A stretch of DNA of 61,906 bases, filler included, from Rhabdomonas costata (Eukaryota), in assembly GCA_019059605.1 (NCBI GenBank). It is 19 parts of 19 records of this genome, joined end to end, with 100 filler letters (N's around TTAATTAATTAA, not from the genome) between each part and the next. Parts side by side here need not be neighbours in the genome. Positions count along the whole stretch, not along the records: positions 35,921 to 39,080 come from JAHMHO010001254.1; positions 39,181 to 42,343 come from JAHMHO010001255.1; positions 42,444 to 45,603 come from JAHMHO010001256.1; positions 45,704 to 48,865 come from JAHMHO010001257.1; positions 48,966 to 52,127 come from JAHMHO010001258.1; 14 more parts are not named here. One strand, 5' to 3'. The notes beneath the pieces were generated by a model, which saw only the letters and a list, made by a program, of their open reading frames with translations, ran no database searches and was not told the DNA's origin. The translations under genes were made by a program, and so were the position numbers. This document shows, piece by piece, positions 36,768 to 49,920 of this stretch (within the stretch, counting starts at the first letter, position 1; the number at the start of each line of letters is the position of its first letter).

Positions 36768-38445
36768 CTATTCGCTCAAAGGGGACCGAAGCGCCGGCCG
36801 CTGGGCGGTCTCCACCCCTGCAGCCGCAAGGGCTGCGGCCAAGGCCCGGTTGGCACTGGAGGGGTCGGTGGGGGGTCGCCTCTCATAGCTCGACAGCCGA
36901 ACTGCCCAACAGTGCACGTCTGCCTGCAACCTCAGCCACACCCGCGCACTGCCCGAGGTCCGCAGCCCCTCGCCCACAGGCTCCTCCGCATCCACATCGC
37001 TGCGAGAGAAGGGTGGAGTCTGCCTGAGGTCGTCGGCAAAGCAGAAGGCCTTCTCTGCAGAGGGAAACACCACCAGAACTCCGTTGCTGCCCTGCAGGCC
37101 CCGCACAGCCTGGATCTCGTAGCGCCGCCTCAGGGGACCGGGCAGCAGGGAGGTTGGGCACTCTTCTGCAACGCCTGCGAGGAAAGGGCAACGGAGCAAA
37201 GGGAGTCATCCAGAAAAGAGAAAAGGAGTTTGCAGACAGAACCAAAACTAAGGGGTCGGTATCTTACAAACAGCGAATGTTACGCTCGCTGGGGAAAGCA
37301 TCTCAAGATATGAACCAAATTTAAACATGGACAACGTTGGCCCACCGCTGGGCTGCATGGATTGCCGCTGGTTCCAAGGATTTTCATTGCCCTTTGGCTC
37401 TGTTTTTGGGACAATTTAATGAGGGGGGGGGGAGTAAACGTTTAGCACCGCCGAATGATTAGGACTGCGAAACTGGTTTTTTTGCTTTTGCGATTAACTG
37501 TCATTGCTGGCTTTGGAAAACGAATGGGACAGTTGCGGAGGCCAGCGCTTGGTGGATGGGTTGGGACGGTACAACGTGCGTGCTACGGTTCCGCATACCA
37601 TCTCAAGTTCAAGGGTGCAGTGTCATCTTTGTCATCTTCTCTGACGTCTTGGTGACGAGAATACTTCGACGTCGCCCACGCACCCGACAACTGCCAACCA
37701 GCCATAAAACAGAGAAGAAACACAGCGAGGAAACAAAAGTGTCCGCTGAGAAAAAGTACTAACCTTTCCCTGTGAGATGGTAGAGGTGAAGGATGTGCTC
37801 GTGACATGGGGCCAGCCCGCACTCGTAGGGAGCGGGGTCATCTCCCATGGGGCACCTGGCGTAGGCACTGTAGTCCCCCAGGCAGGGAACCTCTGCGTGC
37901 CCACCACCCGAACACTGTACCACCGGGCGAAATTCCAATGACAGCAATACCCACGAAGACGTTGCTGATGCTTAAAACCCCACTGACTGCTAGTGCTCGA
38001 AAACAACACCGATCTTTTCTTTTTGCGATGGTTGTGTTCGCCCCCCCTCCTGATCGTTTCACAAGCAAAAGGGAAGGGTGGTAAAGTAAAAAAAAGCATA
38101 TTGTAAAACGCAGCAGGAAGTGTCATGCGTACTCCCTCACAACTGCTTCCCTTCATAACAGTGTAAAAAGCTGATGCAGACGGCACACCTTGCTGCGAAA
38201 TGCATCACATTCAGGTAAAAGCAGACACCAGCGCAGACACAGTCGCAGACATGCCTGTCCCCATAAGGGTGGGCACCTGCACGGGTGGCAGGGGACTGGA
38301 CCAGAACTTCCGGGAATAGCCGCCCTGGCGGCGGCCAACCTTGGCCTGAGGCTTCAAAAAGGTGTAGCTTAGCGCAGGGGTGAAGTCTGTGATGCTCAGC
38401 GCGGGGCTGACGCTGACATGGGGCCTCCGGTGAACTACAGTAAAC
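36768..38445 (-). CDS. R3HCC1-like RNA-binding protein, last three exons (38445-38277, 37914-37764, 37174-36768)
   Basis: RFTVVHRR...PALSITDF (post-R3H pattern), HILHLYHL, GVLVVFPSAEKA (RRM-like) and terminal RPPTDPSSANRALAAAL resemble the R3HCC1 family. Introns are phase-consistent. Confidence 0.55.
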
Positions 38446-39489
38446 CTGAGAGCGAAGCAACACTTTGCAGCAATACCCAGGAACATCCGGGAACATTGCC
38501 TGACGCCCAGCTCATGCTGCCACTTAATTCACTTAACGAATCTAATTTCTGATGTTCCTGGAAATTGTCTGGCAGTACAACGTGGACTTCAACCAAGGCT
38601 GGGAGCGCAGCATCGCCTACGCTATGAAGTCGACGAAGTGAAGGCGAGGGGTGGGGTGCCTAAATCTGTTCTGCTCAAATCGATATTTCTATTCTATCGT
38701 GCACCATTCTATTATCACCTTCATCCAATATGCTCGTCTGAAGGCAAACTTATGTCTTCTTCTTGCGATGCTCTCGCTACTGTGTACAACTGGCACTGTA
38801 CTACCCAGTCCCCTACGCACGACTATGTGAAGCATCAATCACATCTCTCCATCCCACACACCGATAACCTTTGCTTCAATCGGACCCTGCGGCATACCAA
38901 GCATCCCACAAAGTTCAGCGTGACAGGTCGCCTCAAGGCAGTGAAGCCAATAAGATAAAATGAAGAAAAGGTCAGAGAGGTTTTGCATAACAAAGTGAGG
39001 TGGGTCAAACCGTAGTCACGTGTGAGAGGAGACCGAAAGAGTGTCACATTTCACACCACACCACACCACACCAGACCAACNNNNNNNNNNNNNNNNNNNN
39101 NNNNNNNNNNNNNNNNNNNNNNNNTTAATTAATTAANNNNNNNNNNNNNNNNNNNNNNNNNNNNNNNNNNNNNNNNNNNNAAAAGTGAGAATCGGCACGC
39201 AGCTATTAGGCCATGAGGTTTTGTTACTTATCACCATCGTGTTCGAGAAATCTCTCATTGCACACTCTGAAGTCCCTTATTAACACCACGTTAAAACTAT
39301 GTGTTCAGTGCTCATCCACAAACTCGTTTACTGATTTGGATGTACCATATGTTTCGGAGAAGGAACTATGAACTGAATTGCAGAGTGCTCATCGGAATGC
39401 GGTGCGGTTTCATGTGTCGATCTGTCCCATCTGTCCCAGTCCTTTTCCTTGTGATGTGAAAACTGAGGCTGTGTTCCCAACCCGCTTAG

Positions 39490-41792
39490 GTAATCCTGAA
39501 GCGGCTGAGCGCGGTGCAAAACTTTGGCGCAGTAAGCATCCTCTGTACCGACAAGACGGGAACGCTGACTGAGGATGTGGTGGTTCTGCACGGGTACCGC
39601 GACATTGAAGGGCGCCCCGAGCCCAAAGTCTTGACCTACGCCTACCTGAACAGCCACTTCCACACCGGGGTCCGAAATGTGCTGGTCTGTGGGAGGGTTG
39701 GTGGCTGGCAGTGGAGACCGTCATGTGCATTATGTGAAAATTTGAAGTCTGGAATATTAGAAAATGCCGTTGGGTAACAGTAAGCATGACATGCTCACAC
39801 AACTCCGAATGAGCTTTCTGCTGAACTTTCATCGTGGCTTCTGCTTCTTGTCTTCAAATCATTCTGGTATGCACATACACCCCGTGGGGTTCGTGATGCT
39901 TTTGCTGTTAGTGAGCTTTGTAAGTGTGCAAATTGTGCGAACAGGAAAAGTCTTCGGGCATACATTTCTCCGTCCATTACAATTGGAAAGGAGGTTGGTG
40001 TTCTCACGCTTCCCACGACTTCTGAATCAAGCATGAATGAAGTATTCACAGCCCACATTGTTGCACGATTCTGGCCTCCAAGGATACTGCCATCATGGAG
40101 CACATGGCGGAGGTCTCCCCCACGCTGGGTTCCCGTGAGCGCTACGCCCTCCTGCACGAGCTCCCGTTTGACTTCAACCGCCGTAGGATGTCCGTGGTCC
40201 TGGGGCAGACCCCCTCTGGCTTCGTCAGCGCACCAAGCGAGCCCGGAAAGCCCGTTCCTGACCCGTTTACCCTCCCCCCGGGTCTTTCCAGCAAGACCGG
40301 AGTCGAGCGGGTGGGAACTTCTGCGCTGCTGATTTGCAAGGTTACCCATTGATGGAGGCCCGGCCCAAAAAAGAATGCCCCACGCCCCTATCGCTCCAAA
40401 CATATGCACCAGGATTTGGTTTCCATCACGATAACGCTCTATTTTAACTGTTTCGACCACTTTGCAATGGTTTGGCCACGCGCCGTCCGCATCTAGTCCC
40501 TATCTCACCCACAGGAACTGGTAACTGAAACCATAGGCAACGAAAAGGAGAGGTTGAAGACAAGAGTCTCGGTCTCCGGGATCTCAAGAAGACACCTGAA
40601 AAACGTTAAGGGCTACTGTGGTGGCGCAACAGCGCAGTAAGCAGCCATGCTTGCATACTTTATGTATGAGGGGTTTTGGACATCCTCAATCCTCTGCAAG
40701 GTCCAAATGCTGATTTTTTTTGCGACACATTTTTGCGATTGGCACGCAGTGTGTAAGATAAGATGGAAAAAAAGAAGCCCCGATAAACTTAAAAAAATTA
40801 AAAATTAAAAACTATGAAAATCTGACCGTTTTCAATCCCACATACTTACACCAACTCTATCTCACTGTATACGATGGTTAGCCCTGAAACACAGAATTCC
40901 TAGAACACAGAGTTCTTGGTTTGTTTTTTTGTGCTGGACTTGCGGAGGTTCTGTGATCTGTGGTACCGGAACTGTGCTAACTGGAACTTCAGGATGCTCC
41001 TTTCTGCTCACGCTCTTTCTTTTAGGGCGCCGTGGATGAGGTTCTTTCGGTGTGCACTACGGCCCAAGTTGGTCAGAACGGAGACACCCGCTCGCTGGAC
41101 GACAGCAGCCGGTTTGCACTGAGGCACAGTGCGCAACTTCTGAACAAAGATGGTCTTCGAGTGATTGCGGTGGCCTGCAGGAACGTCAGTACGCTGCCAC
41201 TGGAGGGAGGCTCGGCTCGGCTTGGCTGCGATGGCACCGCTTCGGAGGCTGTCATGGCTGGGCGTGCACCTTCGTCCCGGATACCATCGATTCTGTATAA
41301 GAATTCTGAAGTCTGACGAGACATCAAGGACTGGTTTAATCGATATCCATTTAAGTATGTCCTTAGTAGTCTGTATTCCTCATAATGTGGAAGTCTTTCG
41401 ACTTCGAGGAGGTCCCTGTCTTTTTGGAGCCGTTGGTGGCTCACGGTTCCACCCCGCAGGTTCCCTCACTTTGTGAAATGCAGACATAGCGCTTGGGACA
41501 TTTCTTACGCGGCTAATGGTTTCAGCATAAACTCACACCATTTAGGAAGAAGACGCGCCCTCATCCAAAGACTGGCCAAAACCAGAAACTAGTGCTTCTC
41601 TGGCCAAAGCCGGCGAGGGGAATGATCACGGACCCCAAGCTCCGGGGACGGCGTGGAAGGAGTTAATCGCATCGCTGGAGGTGGGTCTGACTTTGGTGGG
41701 GTTGTTGTCGTTCACGGACCCCCCGAAAGACTCTGCGGCGGAGGCCGTGCAGGCGCTGGCCAAGCTGGGTGTCGAGACAAAAGTGCTCACAG
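39490..41792 (+). CDS. mgtA: Mg2+-transporting P-type ATPase (P3B, MgtA/MgtB-like), internal exons (39490-39684, 40083-40340, 41026-~41263, 41610-41792)
   Basis: VILKRLSAVQNFGAVSILCTDKTGTLT, AYLNSHFHTGVRNVL|DTAI, ELPFDFNRRRMSVV, LLICK|GAVDEVL, GLRVIAVA and DPPKDSA...KVLTG. QNFGA and LNSxxxTGxxNxLD are characteristic of MgtA. The exon 3 donor is uncertain. Confidence 0.9.
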
Positions 41793-42837
41793 GTTGTAAC
41801 CCTGGGCTTCTTTGGGCAGGGGAGATTTCAGTGAAATTCTGATATAGAAGAAAAAGTGACCATAAAGCGACTCCCAAGGATGTAATAAGGTCTTATCCGC
41901 TCTCATGATGAGAGTGGTATGTCTGCATCTCAGTTTTGTCTGCCGGTATTGTTGGGTGAGTTTCTTGATTTATCATGGCTTTGCATCCTGTTTCGTGGCG
42001 TTCAACTGGGAAGTTGGGAAGTTGGATACTCCTGTGTCGGGGCATTGCGGTGCAGCGTCCAGTGAGTGAGAGGTCGTTCCGCAGACTTCTCGATGTCCCT
42101 GTGACTCATCGCTGTCTTTGTCAAGATGCATGAGTTGGGGTTTTTCTTTCCATGTCTGACCTGTTGTCCCCAGCTAAGAACAGGGCATCGCTATCTCAGG
42201 CGGGTCATATTGCAACGTTGTCTGCAATTCTGCTGCTTCGTGCTTTGCTCCAGTGTCCCTGATGATGGGCCATTGGTTGCCGATAACATAGTCTCCGATG
42301 TCTCATTTTGGATTTGGATTAGATTCGGATGGATCAGATTCCCNNNNNNNNNNNNNNNNNNNNNNNNNNNNNNNNNNNNNNNNNNNNTTAATTAATTAAN
42401 NNNNNNNNNNNNNNNNNNNNNNNNNNNNNNNNNNNNNNNNNNNTTTGGTAAACTGTAAATAGATGTTAAATTTGAGTCCCTACAGGGAACTGCCGCTCCG
42501 CTTCGTCCCGTGAAGTGCAAATTGTGAGAGGGCGTAGGAAGTTGATTGAATACATGGGGCCGGCGGTTGAAAGATTGCAGCAGATTTGATGCGCATAATA
42601 CGCCGCTCGCTCTCCAGTCCTTTTTCTTTGTGGTTTTGTAATTTTCCGAAATCCCTAGTTGTCCAGGAACTTTCCGTTTCCCTTTCATGTCAGACTTTGT
42701 GCTATGCTTTTTCATTGTTGGGAGGCCTTTTGCTCTCCCGTCTCCTTTTCTTGCTGTGATGGAGAGCAAACACCCTGAGCGAGCCATCTCGCACTGTATC
42801 GAGCAGCAAATATGGGATGGAACTTCTGCATTTTCAG

Positions 42838-45241
42838 GGCTGCGGAATGCTCGCCTCTGACGACCCCTTTGTGCCTCCTCTTACTGAACTGACACGTGCC
42901 TTGCACCCTGGCCAGGACCCTGCTGTGGGCTCTAATCAGGTCTTGTGTTCCTCCATATGGAGCATTCGCCACCTTTTGCTGTTTGCTCAGAACACAGTCA
43001 ACTTTCAACGCTTCCTGCCCATCACAGGTCCTGCAGTGCCCATTTTGCACAGGTCAAGTACAATTACGTCCGAGTCGATTCTGTTGAGTGAGTGAGGGAG
43101 GGATATAGAATCACAGGGGACCAAAAATCTCCTGCATGTTCACATTACTGGAAGTGGATGCTGCAGACAATTTTTTCGAGCACTGCGCTTTCCGTCTCTA
43201 GGTATGCAGTGCGTATTTTCTTTCGCAGTTCCCGAACTTCAGCGTTTGGAGAGGCCCGTGGGATTCGTATGGGTCGAGAAGGAAGGATAGAGGTGCCGAG
43301 GACGGAGCGCCCGAGCTTGTCGCTGTGCGCCTGGTGCTTCCATTCCGTGGCACAGGCATGGGGAACGATCTTACTCTTAGCTTTTCTTTTGACATCATCG
43401 GAAGTTTGTTCTTCCTTGTGGCACTTATTGTACCAGGTCAACCGTCGATGATATCTCCCTCCAATTGCCGTTATTTGCCACTGGAATATCCAAAGTGCAG
43501 TGTGGGACAAAGCATAGCAAAAGAAGATCGTCGATTTGATCTGGGTGTTGTTTGATTTAACTGGTTCGTGGACGTGGAATTGTCGCTCAGCGTCTCCATC
43601 TCCTCGTCCTCGTCCCCCCCCCCCGTCCACCTCTATCCGCGTTGGTTATAATCAGACATAAACCAGTGCAACCAGAGCAACCAGTGCAATCAACCAGTGC
43701 ATTTTTTCTTTGAGGAATGGGTTTGAAGGACACACAAAACCACAATACGCATGGCGGGTAGATGCACGTTTGTTGCACAGAAACAAGTGCTGCACTCTTA
43801 CACGCCAAAGAAACAAAACGTGGCGAGCAGATTTGACCTTATTTAACAAGCCATCCTTCAGGCTCACAGATGCACGTTGTCCCCATCAACCCGGCCGCCC
43901 AACGGACGCCAACTCCGGAATATGACACACACCTGGAGCCCCAGCCTCTCAGTTACATTGTGAGTGCCAGCTTCCAGCATCAAAGACTACACATGTTGCA
44001 ATGCCCTGTTTAGGAACTGCAGGAAGAAGCTCATTCCGTGATACGACCTGTCTCTCAAAGAATTACTGTAGCAACAGGAACTGCGTCGATTGGACTGCAA
44101 GGAAATCACATTTGTCACGGTTAAATTGCTAATGCGATCTCGGGGAACCGGGTTTTTTGGGAAGCCAGGGGATTGTTTTTGTGGGGTGGGGTGAACTTTT
44201 TTTGCTTGGTCAAAACAGTCGCGCGATGATATCTCACGACGGTCTTCTGACCCTACTATGAGTGTATCTCTTTATTTCCTGAGCAAGCTTTTCTTTTGGA
44301 GCGGGCGAGACGCCAGTTACTGCCTCTGGTCATCCCCCACAACAACTGTTATTCTTAACTCTTACACATCGAACCAGAGATCAGCATTTGAATCCTTTTT
44401 GAATGGAATGGAAACGGAAAGGTTGTCTGCTGTTGTTCCAGTGAATTCCACCAGCAAGATTTACCGTCCGACTTCCGCCGACCTGGCCCAATTCTCCGAG
44501 CTGTGCTCCTGCTCTCGTTGCGGTGATTCAGACAATCACACTTCAGGTATCACGGAATTGGGACATTTGCCGTTCTCAAGGCGAACCGGAAGAACGTTTT
44601 CTGTTTTCTGTTTTGATGTGCTTCAGTTGTTTTACCCATGGCATCCTATTTATGCATAAGTTTTTGGGTTTTGGTTGGTGTACTTCTGGCGCGAACTACG
44701 ACTCTTTTTCAGCAGAAATGGGACTCCTCTGAAAGGGCCCCCCTATCATCTGTTTCACTTCCTCTCTCTTTTTTTCCAATGGTGTGCTTGGTTTAGACTC
44801 CCACACCACAGACATCTGCGGATCCATTTTTAGGGATGCTGGGATCCATCACCTGTAGCTTGAATTTCAGTTCAAACCTTCAATGGATTTCCATGTACAT
44901 AACTTCGAGCACGTCTGCATCACGATGCATTGCGTTTCCCTATGGTTTGCGTTTGTGGCCTGCCCACTTACCCAGCTTCCTCTTCGGTGGCCGCAAGGGA
45001 TGCCACGCGTGCGCTGATGGGCTTTGTCACCGTTGGGGGGACCTCCTATCTCCGGGGCGCAGCCGTGGGCCATGGCCTTGCATGTGCTCGCGCGGTGAGC
45101 GATTGTCTCTCCTTGGTAAAGGCAGGGGAGCCAAGGAGGCCCCCCAAGTCCTTTCCATTGGATTTGCCTTGGGGGGTGGTAATGCTGAGACAGATGACAT
45201 CTCCTGCGGTCTACTTCGCGGTTATAACCCCATTTGGGTGA
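42838..45241 (+). CDS. POP1: POP1-like RNase P/MRP protein subunit, 3' exons (42838-42939, 43229-43355, 44442-44522, 44976-45241)
   Basis: LVAVRLVLPFRGT|VNSTSKIYRPTSADL, RALMGFVTVGGTSYLRGAAVGHG and VVMLRQMTSPAVYFA* match the POP1 C-terminal domain motifs. Phases are consistent with one GC-AG intron. Confidence 0.75.
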
Positions 45242-45768
45242 CATCTTCGTTTGCCATTTGTTGCCTATCTGCTGTCTGGCGTGTGGCAACCCGTTGAAAT
45301 GGCCCGAACTTGGACAGGAGCGTGCACATCAGTAAAAGGTGAGGCGACATGACGCCAGTGCAAAAGCGGTTGTGTTAAAGAATAGGTACTGTTAGCTCCG
45401 CCTCAGCTGCCAATGTCGCTGATATTATCAGATGGAAATTTAATTGGTTTAATAGGAGGAATGAATGCCGCTTCCATTCGCCGCCTACCGTCGCATTCTC
45501 CTGAGGCTCTCCTTTGCGCTGTGTGGCTCAAAGCACTATCCTGCTTCCCTCCAATCACAAATTACATCCCGCGGACCTCTGATTTGCAGGCAATAGCAGT
45601 TCGNNNNNNNNNNNNNNNNNNNNNNNNNNNNNNNNNNNNNNNNNNNNTTAATTAATTAANNNNNNNNNNNNNNNNNNNNNNNNNNNNNNNNNNNNNNNNN
45701 NNNGTTGGTTTTTGAGGGCACCCGGGCAGCGCCCGACAGCTGACTTTTATATCTCTTTCCCTCCTCAG

Positions 45769-48700
45769 GGATTTTGCTGAAGCGGGATATGGCGGAGCTT
45801 CACGAGAGCAGCCTGAACCGAACGGTGGCCTACGCAAACAGCTTCAACCTGCAGCAGGCCGGCTCCCTCGAGCTGGTGGTGGGCAAGAAGACAAATCTTG
45901 CTGCGACTAACATTACAGCCGTGAAAATTCTCACAAACCTCCGTGGCTGCATAGGAAGCTGTAATGGTCTTTACGTTAACTTTGAGGCACTGTCATCTGC
46001 CGTAAATGGGGGCAGTGGGCTGATGACCAGTTTGGACTACCGCGGGGTGGAAGTGTTGAGCGCGTTCAGCTACAGTGCGGCGCTGTCCGCTGCGGTAGTA
46101 TTCAAGGTGGACCTCAGCGAAGTGCAGGGTCCGCTGCTCATCCGGGTGATCATTCTGGTGTTTGCGGCCCTGGCCCTGGTCGTTGGAGGCTGCTTCATCT
46201 TAAACTTCGCGGCCCACCGGCTTCTGACCAGCATTGAGCAGACCTGGGAGAGGAGCAAGCAGGCTGTTCATGATCAGAAGGTTGTTGCCTTCTGCAGTGG
46301 TTCTAGTCTGGTGGAATCGGTGGTGTATACCCTTCTGTTGTGGCTGGTGCCATTGGGAAGGAGTTTTGTGCATTTGGTAGGTAATTAGCCCGCCCATTTC
46401 ATTGGGAAGAAGTTTCGTTTCTTGGGAGGCAACTGGCCCGGTCCATTTCTGTTTGCACAGGGATGCGATATATGTCCGATTTCGGTTGTTGGACTTTTAA
46501 AAGGAAGCGCTTTGCAATGTTTTCTGTTCAGGAGAGCTTCGAGAAGCTCATCTCCGCGCTTTACCCTCGATTTGCCTCGGAGCGGCTGTTGGCAGGCGAC
46601 ACCCACATCCACCTAGAGCTGTCAGAGGTCAGTCTTTGGATTAGGAAGAGGAAGTGGAGGTGGCTTGTTGTCCATCAGGACTTTCTGGTTTGGAAGTTGG
46701 TTCGCACTAAAACGATAGTTCTCAAACGTACCCTTCAGTTTCCAAACAGCGCTTTCTAAAAGACAGGGAACCGCGCCAGACACACGAACTTCCCGCCCGC
46801 AGGCCACAATGTTCTTCTCCGACATATGCAACTTCTCGACAATTTCCAACCACCTCCACGCCGACGACATGCTGGAGTGGATTGGGTACGTCTTTTTTGT
46901 GATGGACCATGTGGCGGACCACTACTTCGTGCACAAGATCAAGACCATCGGGGACGCCTACTTTGCGATTTCCGGACTGCCTGGGCTGGGCCCCGCCTCT
47001 GCAGAAAAGGAGGCCGAGCCGCGGGGCACTGCCAGCCTGAGGATGCTTCAGTTCGCTAGCGTGTGCTCGCAGATCTTCTCCGGGAAGTACCTGCACCCAG
47101 AGGCCGGGCAGTGCCTGCAGGCCATCGCTGCAACCTCCGCCTTGTTGAGCAAAGATCATCACCCCGTGGCGCCGAGACGGGTCAGCAGGCACAGCCGTCC
47201 CTCCGTCATCTCCTCTCACGTCAGTGGGGAAGAAGCGGAGCGGCAGCACTCGGGGAAGTGCGCGATGCGGTACGGGGTAGCCTGTGGTCCTGTGACGGTT
47301 GGGGTGTTGCAGGGGAAATGCCCCGCCTTCGATGTGTGGGGCAAGACGGTGAACCTTGCCTCCCGAATGGAGGTGTGCGTTTTTGATTTAGGAAATTGAA
47401 TGGGTGGAGAGGGAGCTGACGTTCCCCCCGATTTTTGGGTGTTCATTCTGACAGCAAAGAGATTCATGAAGGCGTCTCCAGGGAGTCCATCTCGTGCCAG
47501 GGGTGATTTGGGATTGAAGGGATTGGCGTCTCCTTCTCAGCATCCTCGCTTTGGGGTTTAGAAGTAATGCCGACCTTGCAGCTGGCATTGGCGAGATGCC
47601 GGGATACCGCCCGCCGCCAACCATGCTGTCAGTCCGAACCGAACAACAGCTGAATACGGCGAGTCCCAACAACTCCAGAGACACCCAAGCGCCCGCTCTG
47701 TGTCAGTGTTTCTTCTGCTGAATATGGCACTTCAGTGGACCTATCGCAGTGACTGCGACCGCCGAGAGAGATCTGTTGTGGGAATCACGTCACGGTCGGA
47801 ATCTCACCCCGCGCGATATCATTGCACGTTTGGTTGTTGGGTGGAATAGGGATGTTTCTGATGGCTCATCGTTGTCCTTGCTTGCCTTGCACGCACAGAG
47901 CACGAGCAAGGCAGGGGTGGTGCAGCTCTCGGAGGCCGTTTTCCACGCCGTCTCCGAACATCCGGCCAGTCCCTTCGCTTTCGAGGGTCCGCACTCTGTG
48001 GTGGCCAAGGGGTTCGGTACCGTCACGGCATACTTCATTAAGGTGTGCGCTTCCGCTTTGAATTGTGCGTTTGAGGTGAGCAACTTTTTTTTGCCTGTGC
48101 ATCTGAGGCTTGGACGATGATACTGGCCTTTCAGTGGGAAGCTGAATTGAACTGACGCGTCGGGCATCTCGGACCTTCAAGGGGAAACGTTTGACTCCCT
48201 GCAATAGGACGGTCGTCGCCTCTTCAGTCTTACTGTCGGTCAAGGGGGTGATCGGCCCCTAACCCCTAACCTTGTTTGTTAAAAGGTGATGAGCTGCGAA
48301 TTGCTAAAAGATTGAGAAGGAAGCGAGCTTATTTCTTCCAGACGGATTCCACCTTCCCACCAATTGTACAAAGAAGGCGACACAATGTGTTTCGTTTATC
48401 CCGTAAAACGAAGTGCGTGCGATCATCTGCCCGTGTTTTCTTGTATTTTTTTGAAGAGCTTCACCTGATCGCTTGTTATGCTGGCGAAGCAGGAACTCTC
48501 CGGGCTCTTGGTAGATTCAGAGCTTCAGAGGAAATGGAAGCCGCCGCTTTTTTTTTTCAAAGGTGAAAGGGTCTCATGCAAACCCCCCTTGCCTGGGGGG
48601 TTTGCTGCTGCTTTTTTCTTTTGATTTCTAGTCCACCACGGAGCGCCCTCCAAAGCCCGTGCTTTCGACGCTGGGGCTTGAGCCCGCTTTTGGGCGGTAC

Positions 48701-48865
48701 GTCTTCGACCTCACCGAGGGGAGCCACCCCAGAGTCCATACTCCAAGGACCGCAATCCATCTGCTCCCTTCTGCTGCCTCCTCCCAGCAGCAGCAGCTTT
48801 CCAGCTGCTCCTCTTCCTCGACTGCCCCGACAGTGGTGGCCACAGTGTCGACATCACACACACCC
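45769..48865 (+). CDS. Receptor-type adenylate cyclase (Cache-like sensor, TM helix, class III catalytic domain); exons 45769-46280, 46532-46627, 46803-47372, 47899-48042, 48632-contig end
   Basis: MFFSDICNFS, KIKTIGDAY, GVACGPVTVGVL and FDVWGKTVNLASRME|ST retain all catalytic residues, with ATP-specifying Lys and Asp. Upstream are DYRGVEVLSAF and a TM helix. Four phase-0 GT-AG introns. Confidence 0.95.
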
Positions 48866-49471
48866 NNNNNNNNNNNNNNNNNNNNNNNNNNNNNNNNNNN
48901 NNNNNNNNNTTAATTAATTAANNNNNNNNNNNNNNNNNNNNNNNNNNNNNNNNNNNNNNNNNNNNTGTTGTGCTGAATCTTATTGATTGAGACTTCGGAG
49001 TGTAGGTCGTGATCAGGTAGTTTGATTTTCGGTGTCCGAGTCCATGTCCACGGAAGCCAGGGAGAAAAATGTGCCCGCCTTCTCAAAGTTCATGGATCTG
49101 ATTTGCTCGAGAATTTCTGGTGTTTTATCTCTGAAAACTCAAAAGAAAACAAATGCTTAATAGAACTCGTGCAAGTTCATTGTTCCAAGAAAAAAATGAG
49201 GGCCTAATGGGCTTCGAGGTAGCCTGGATGGGTAGCAGCGGTGTCGGTTGTTGGGTGTTGGGCATTGGCTCAAGAAGCGTCTAGTTCGGCTTCCGGGCTT
49301 CGGAGTTGACAGCCCCGTTGTATGGGTAGTCGGATGTGGCATTCCCGATGCTCTCAAATTTCCTCTGTCTCTGTGCTCGCAACGCCTTATCATTCCCGAA
49401 GCGTTGACATTCCCAGAGGAAGTCCAAAAGTTCTGAAAATTGCACACTATAGCACCATAGGCTTCATATAC

Positions 49472-49514
49472 ACCCTGTATATACCCTGTATATACCCTAT
49501 ATACCCTGTATATA
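49472..49514 (+). repeat. Short tandem repeat (ACCCTGTATAT, about 4 copies, one shortened)
   Basis: Read directly from the sequence. Confidence 0.8.
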
Positions 49515-49920
49515 TCTTGTCGAAAGACGTTGGTGGCCTTTGGCCCTTTTGATCACTTCTTCGGCGTCCGACGTTTCCTTATGCATCACGTCACTCTTTG
49601 CTTCTGCCAATTCCTCGATTCTATGACGTTTCGGGAGCCCAATATCCTATCAGCAGCCATAGCCATACTTACTCGATTCCTCGCTGTCTGCTATGAGTTG
49701 AGTTCAGAGCCCTGATGTGTCGGACCTTGTCGATTGCCGAAAGGAAACAATCGGAGAGAAAGACACGACTGTAAAGAGTTGTAGTTTTTGCACTAAGATT
49801 GGAATTAGCCTCAACCGCGTCAATGGACCCGACTCTCGACTGGATTAGGCTGAGCTCGATGGTGGTGGTTCTGGATATGGCGCATTAGTGGTGGATGTTG
49901 TGGTGTGGTAGGTGCTGAGA

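Noticed and set aside
40611-40650. tRNA/SINE-like GGTGGCGCAAC start
   Set aside because: No B box or cloverleaf follows.
48256-48271. CCCCTAACCCCTAACC telomere-like sequence
   Set aside because: It is only two units, inside an intron.
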